64,000 bases of DNA from Octopus vulgaris (Eukaryota). This document shows positions 59,166-64,000 of the stretch, one piece after another. A program made the position numbers and the translations under genes. Where the stretch lies: NCBI GenBank assembly GCA_951406725.2, contig OX597821.1, forward strand, positions 36,456,001-36,520,000. The letters are read 5' to 3'. Each line of letters begins with the position of its first letter. Position 1 is the first letter of the stretch. The notes beneath the pieces are model-generated. The model was not told where the DNA came from. It did not search any database and was given only the letters and a program-made list of their open reading frames with translations.

Positions 59166-59453
59166 TATATACTAGTATACCCGTGGCAGCAATTTTGCAG
59201 ACAGTTTTACTGTTGATAGAAAATGGTGCATCAACACAATTGTGGAAAATATAAATGAATCTCAACAATCTACTAAATATATGTACATACATAGAATTGA
59301 AGGATTTGAAGAAAATATCTTCAACATAATGTGTGTGCGCGTGCGTGTCTGTGTGTGTGTGTGTGCGTATGTGTGTGTGCGTGTGTGTGTGTGCGTGCGT
59401 GTGTGTGTGCATGTGTGTATGTGTGTGTGTGTGCGTGCGTGTGTATGCATGCG

Positions 59454-60238
59454 TATTGGATCATCCCATAAATAATGCAGATTTTTATACTTGTTTTATT
59501 TTTCAAAATTAAAATAAACCGCTGAAAGATGGTTTACAAGGTCATCTGCTTCCTACGAATGAAAATGAGCAGGAAGCGGTGCATATATATATATATATAT
59601 ATTATTAATAATAAAAGGGTAAAATTAATTAATTAATTATGTTTTTAATTATATAATATTTGCATATATATACATATATATGTTTAAGTAGTTGAATGAA
59701 TTATCCTAGTATGGATAATTCGGTTAACCGATACCCGGGTAGCAAATTTACGTCAGAAAGAACGGTTGAAGCTACATGCCAAAGGCAGAAATCACGTGCT
59801 TTCGTGTGGAAATTTGTGTGTTCTTTTACTATAGATAAATGAAAGAATGGAGTCGAACAACGATTTAACAAAATTCCTTTATTCTCCACACGTGTTTCGA
59901 AGACTGCATATTCTTAATTCCGAAGGAGTAAAGGGTCCATTATGCCGTCTTCTCATTAGGAAAGCCAAGGAACTTATGTCAGCATCATGACGGACAAAAA
60001 CTTTTAGATGACTGCCCACACGGAGTCCATAGTGATAATCACTATGGACTCCGTGTGGGCAGTCATCTAAAAGTTTTTGTCCGTCATGATGCTGACATAA
60101 GTTCCTTGGCTTTCCTAATGAGAAGACGGCATAATGGACCCTTTACTCCTTCGGAATTAAGAATATGCAGTCTTCGAAACATGTGTCGAGAATAAAGGAA
60201 TGTTGTTAAATCGTCGTTCGACTCCATTCTTTCATTTA

Positions 60239-60277
<39 letters not shown>

Positions 60278-61528
60278 TCAATCATTCCATAAATATACTT
60301 CTTTTATTTTTCCAAATTGAGACAAAGTTCTTTTTTAATCTATATTCTCCTTCATTTTCTACAAGGCTGTTCAATTTATCTAGTTGCCTTGTAAGTGTCC
60401 CTTTTCCAAAATTCACTTGTCCGTGACGAAAAATACTCCTCCAGTACTGTTCTGACCTCGTCTACAGAATTCGTGTTTTTCCCGTCCAAATTATTTTGAA
60501 GACTACAGAATAAATAATAATCATATGGGGCAATGCCGGCGAATATTGTGGATAGGGTATCGTTTCCCATTCAATCTGCTCTAGCCTTTGGAATGTCATT
60601 TTCTCTGTATGTGACCGGGCATTATCCTGAGGGAATTACTTCCTTTCCTCTTGAAACCAAAGATGGTCGTTTTTCTTCTGGCGCTGACTTAAGCCGCTCA
60701 AGCTGCTCGCAGTAGATGTCCTTTGTTATCGTTTGGTTGGGGTTTAAAAGTTAAAAGTGGACTAAAACTTCCATATCCCACCAAACAATTAACAACACCT
60801 TGCATGGGTCAAGAGCTTCTTTAGCCTAGGGTGCCGGTGTTTTTATTCTTTCCCTACCTACTGTTTCCAACGCATGACATTTTTATAGAGGTCCCATTTC
60901 TCATCACCAGTCCCTATTCGGTCCAAAACAAAGGTTCATTCATGTTATGTGACAACTAAGAAGGGCACACATTCATTCTCTGCGCGTGATTAGACTCGGA
61001 AATTTGTGAGGAACCCATTGAACCAATTTGCTGACTTTTCCGATGGCACGAAGGTGTCGATGAAAGGATGAATCACCAACTCCAAGTTTTTCCTCCACTT
61101 CCTCAACAACTACGATGGGATTTTGTTCCACCAGGGTTTGCAGGAGGTCCTCGTCGAGCTTCGCAGATCTTCCAGGACGGGGCGCGTCTTCTGGGCTGTA
61201 ATTTCTGGCTCGGGATTTCTAAAAACACCGTTGACACTGGCTTACGCTTAATGTCCAATCCCCATATACTGCATTAATATTCCTCGCACTTTCCGTTGCT
61301 TTGTTGTTTTTATTGGACTTATCAAGCAAAATATTCTGAATCTGCTCCTTTGTTACTTCCATTATAACTTTGAAAAAATAACTGTTAAAATCGAACTGCA
61401 CTCTTCAAAACTTACATTAAGTACACTAAGAACAAATATAAGGTAAAATTACTACCTGCTTTTAATTAAAATTGATGCAGGTAGTTTGTTCAGACCCCCT
61501 TAAACTTTTAGTTCATTCAATTGAAGAA
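59454..61528 (-). mobile_element. Decayed mariner element, interrupted at 59583-60275
   Basis: Minus-strand motifs MEVTKEQI..ATESARNINAVYG, QWVPH, TGDEKW and IAPYDYYLF..LQNNL; TIR tattggatcatcccataaataatgc at 59454. Confidence 0.88.
59830..60244. repeat. 415-bp near-perfect palindrome containing a hammerhead motif in each arm
   Basis: 207-bp arms with a 1-nt centre at 60037 and about 4 mismatches; + strand motif at 60111-60191. Confidence 0.96.
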
Positions 61529-61640
61529 ATTGATTCATATAAATCATATTTGTTGTTAGTATACTTGTGTCTATGTCTACACACACAGACACACTCACAC
61601 ACACGCACACACACATACACACACACATATACATACATAC

Positions 61641-61701
<61 letters not shown>

Positions 61702-61704
<3 letters not shown>

Positions 61705-62561
61705 GGTGAGATGAGTAAACTGTCGCCATTTTATATTTTTTAATTTCGCGCATCTGTTTGTTTAGTATAGTAGGGACAGTTGGGCACCGTCTATGAGAAA
61801 AACAGCACCATGACGCAATTCACTCGACCAGAAATTTGGAAGCGACATACTGCACTGCTTGGCATTCGCACAGGAAGTTCCAAATTCCAATATGAACATT
61901 TCAGAGTGTTTCGGTGTCAATCTGAGGCTTGCCGTGTCCCCAAAACATGTACCGAGAGTGATAAAATTCAAATATCCAGTCAACGTTAGAGTGATCACTA
62001 GTGAAGGCGAAGGTATGCCTTCATTCATCTTCCCATACAGCCTCACACACAACACGAAAGCATACATCAAGTACGTGGAGGAGGTAGTGCTGCCCTGGGT
62101 CAAGAGGGTGGCTGCTGGAAGACCCTTTATCTGGCAACAGGATTTTGCACCATGCTACTCAAGCAGGAGAACCCAGTCATGGCTGTCAAACAATTTCTGC
62201 GACCAGATCACCCCTAACATCTGGACACTTAACTTCCCAGACTGTAACCCACTTGATTATTACGTGTGGGGCGCAGTTGAGCGAGAGACCAACAAAACTC
62301 CTCGTAACACCAAACTGAACTGAAGGCAAGGATTATGACAGCATTTACCAACTTAAACAAGGAGACATCCAGAAGAGTTGCTGAAGATTCCGAAGTCGTC
62401 TGGAGGCCGTGATTGAAGTCAATGGTGATTTATTAACTAAATTTACTTCTAAGTATCTCAAGATATTTTCCTGTAATTTTGGTAAATATATCTGTTAAAA
62501 TGAGATGTCAGTGTTATTTCATTTTTGTGTAATTTAGACGACTATTTATTCACTGCACCTT
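61702..62561 (+). mobile_element. Internally deleted Tc1/mariner-superfamily element (maT/DD37D-like)
   Basis: WQQDFAPC...NIWTLNFPDCNPLDYYVWG; imperfect TIRs cagggtgagatgagtaaa / tttattcactgcacct; inserted at (TA)n. Confidence 0.85.
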
Positions 62562-62594
62562 CTCTCTCTCTCTCTATATATATATATATGTATA

Positions 62595-62625
<31 letters not shown>

Positions 62626-62806
62626 ATTTTAAGATGAAAGTGTATTTAAGTAATTTTTTATATTTTTGAGAACAAATACTGCAGTTGATTTTCCGATGTT
62701 GATCAATAGTGATTCAAAAGCGATAGACTGAAGTACTATCACACACACATACTTGGATCTATACACACATGTGTGCGCATACACAAACGTGTGTGTGTAT
62801 ATAGAT

Positions 62807-62899
<93 letters not shown>

Positions 62900-62930
62900 C
62901 ATACATACTTACATACACGCACACACACAT

Positions 62931-63031
<101 letters not shown>

Positions 63032-63819
63032 TATGCAGCCATAAGTACAGATACAAAAATATACATATATTGACATACGCGCCAGCGCAACATACGGTTT
63101 TTCCTTCGCTTCTTAATCCTGTATGCTTTGTTTTACAATCAGCCAATGTATATTTATGTATGCTCACTACGTGATAAAATATATACGCCTTTTTTTTAAA
63201 TATTGGAAATAACAAAAAGTTTGTCCCAGATTCCGGATATTGCGGTCATGTTTGGTGAATGCAGAGGGCACTTCGTTAAACGAAGAAATGACAAAATATC
63301 ATAGACAATGCAAAGAAACAATATTTGATTGTTCAACGAGCTCCTGTATTATTCTTCAAGTTTGAAGGTGAGAGAAATCGGAAACTTGAGATTATTTTCA
63401 ATAAATGGTGGGACAGGTTTGAGGGGTTGCGCGCTTCAAAAAGTGATGTTACAGTTCAAAACAAGTATCAGGTACCCGATCTGTGGCCGTATGATTCCAA
63501 TGGCAAGTGTCAACAAGTTTCTTTTTGGTGTCTTAACTCCCTTTATGATGCTGATGTCAAGAAAGGTTTAATTTTATTAAATGTTTTTATGAATTTATGG
63601 ACATGTGCTTAATTATAAAATAATTCGTGAGCCCACCCATTCATCATTCGGACATTGCATAATGACGACAACATTATGCAGTGTGGTGACCCTTCAATTT
63701 CGTAACGATGATATCATTTGAGAGAGGGTTGCCTGTTATTTCTTACAGGTTGAGCGACTACGCAGAGACTCCCTTATTGATTCATGCTGACATATTACTT
63801 ATCTTACTTCCTAGGTTAA

Positions 63820-64000
63820 GTAGGCAGAATGGTTAGCACGATAAACGAAGTGATACTTAGCAACATTTCGTCCGTTCTCTGATTTCAAATTCCGCCTGGT
63901 CGACTTTGCATTTCGTTCTTTCGGAATTGGTGTAATCGACAAGATTCCCTCTCCACCAAAAATTTCAGGCCTTGTCCTTATAGGAGAAAGGACATATTAC
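63820..64000 (+). mobile_element. Old SINE family B-like copy
   Basis: ggcagaatggttagcacg...ttcaaattccgcc..gtcgactttgc. Confidence 0.7.

Overview
AT-rich, microsatellite-dense eukaryotic DNA. The SINE families and repeat density resemble an octopus/coleoid cephalopod genome (inference). The only host gene I can support is a + strand PRDM1/Blimp-1 orthologue. It has two PR/SET-domain exons (17386-17508, 33106-33385) and one large terminal exon (41370-43396) with five zinc fingers and an acidic tail. The splice phases are consistent, and the N-terminal exon was not found in the window. The rest is repeat: at least four tRNA-derived SINE families, decayed mariner/maT transposons, a MITE with 8-bp TSD, Helitron pieces, an RTE fragment, and R4/Dong-type LINE pieces stacked inside (ATT)n tracts. 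The most striking non-genic signal is a set of about a dozen short elements embedded in (TA)n-type microsatellites that carry type I hammerhead-ribozyme motifs, some canonical and some with recurring core variants. These are probably Penelope-type terminal repeats. Many occur as head-to-head palindromes, and two of the junctions contain sequence copied from neighbouring DNA. Nearly all other ORFs in the track are microsatellite translations.
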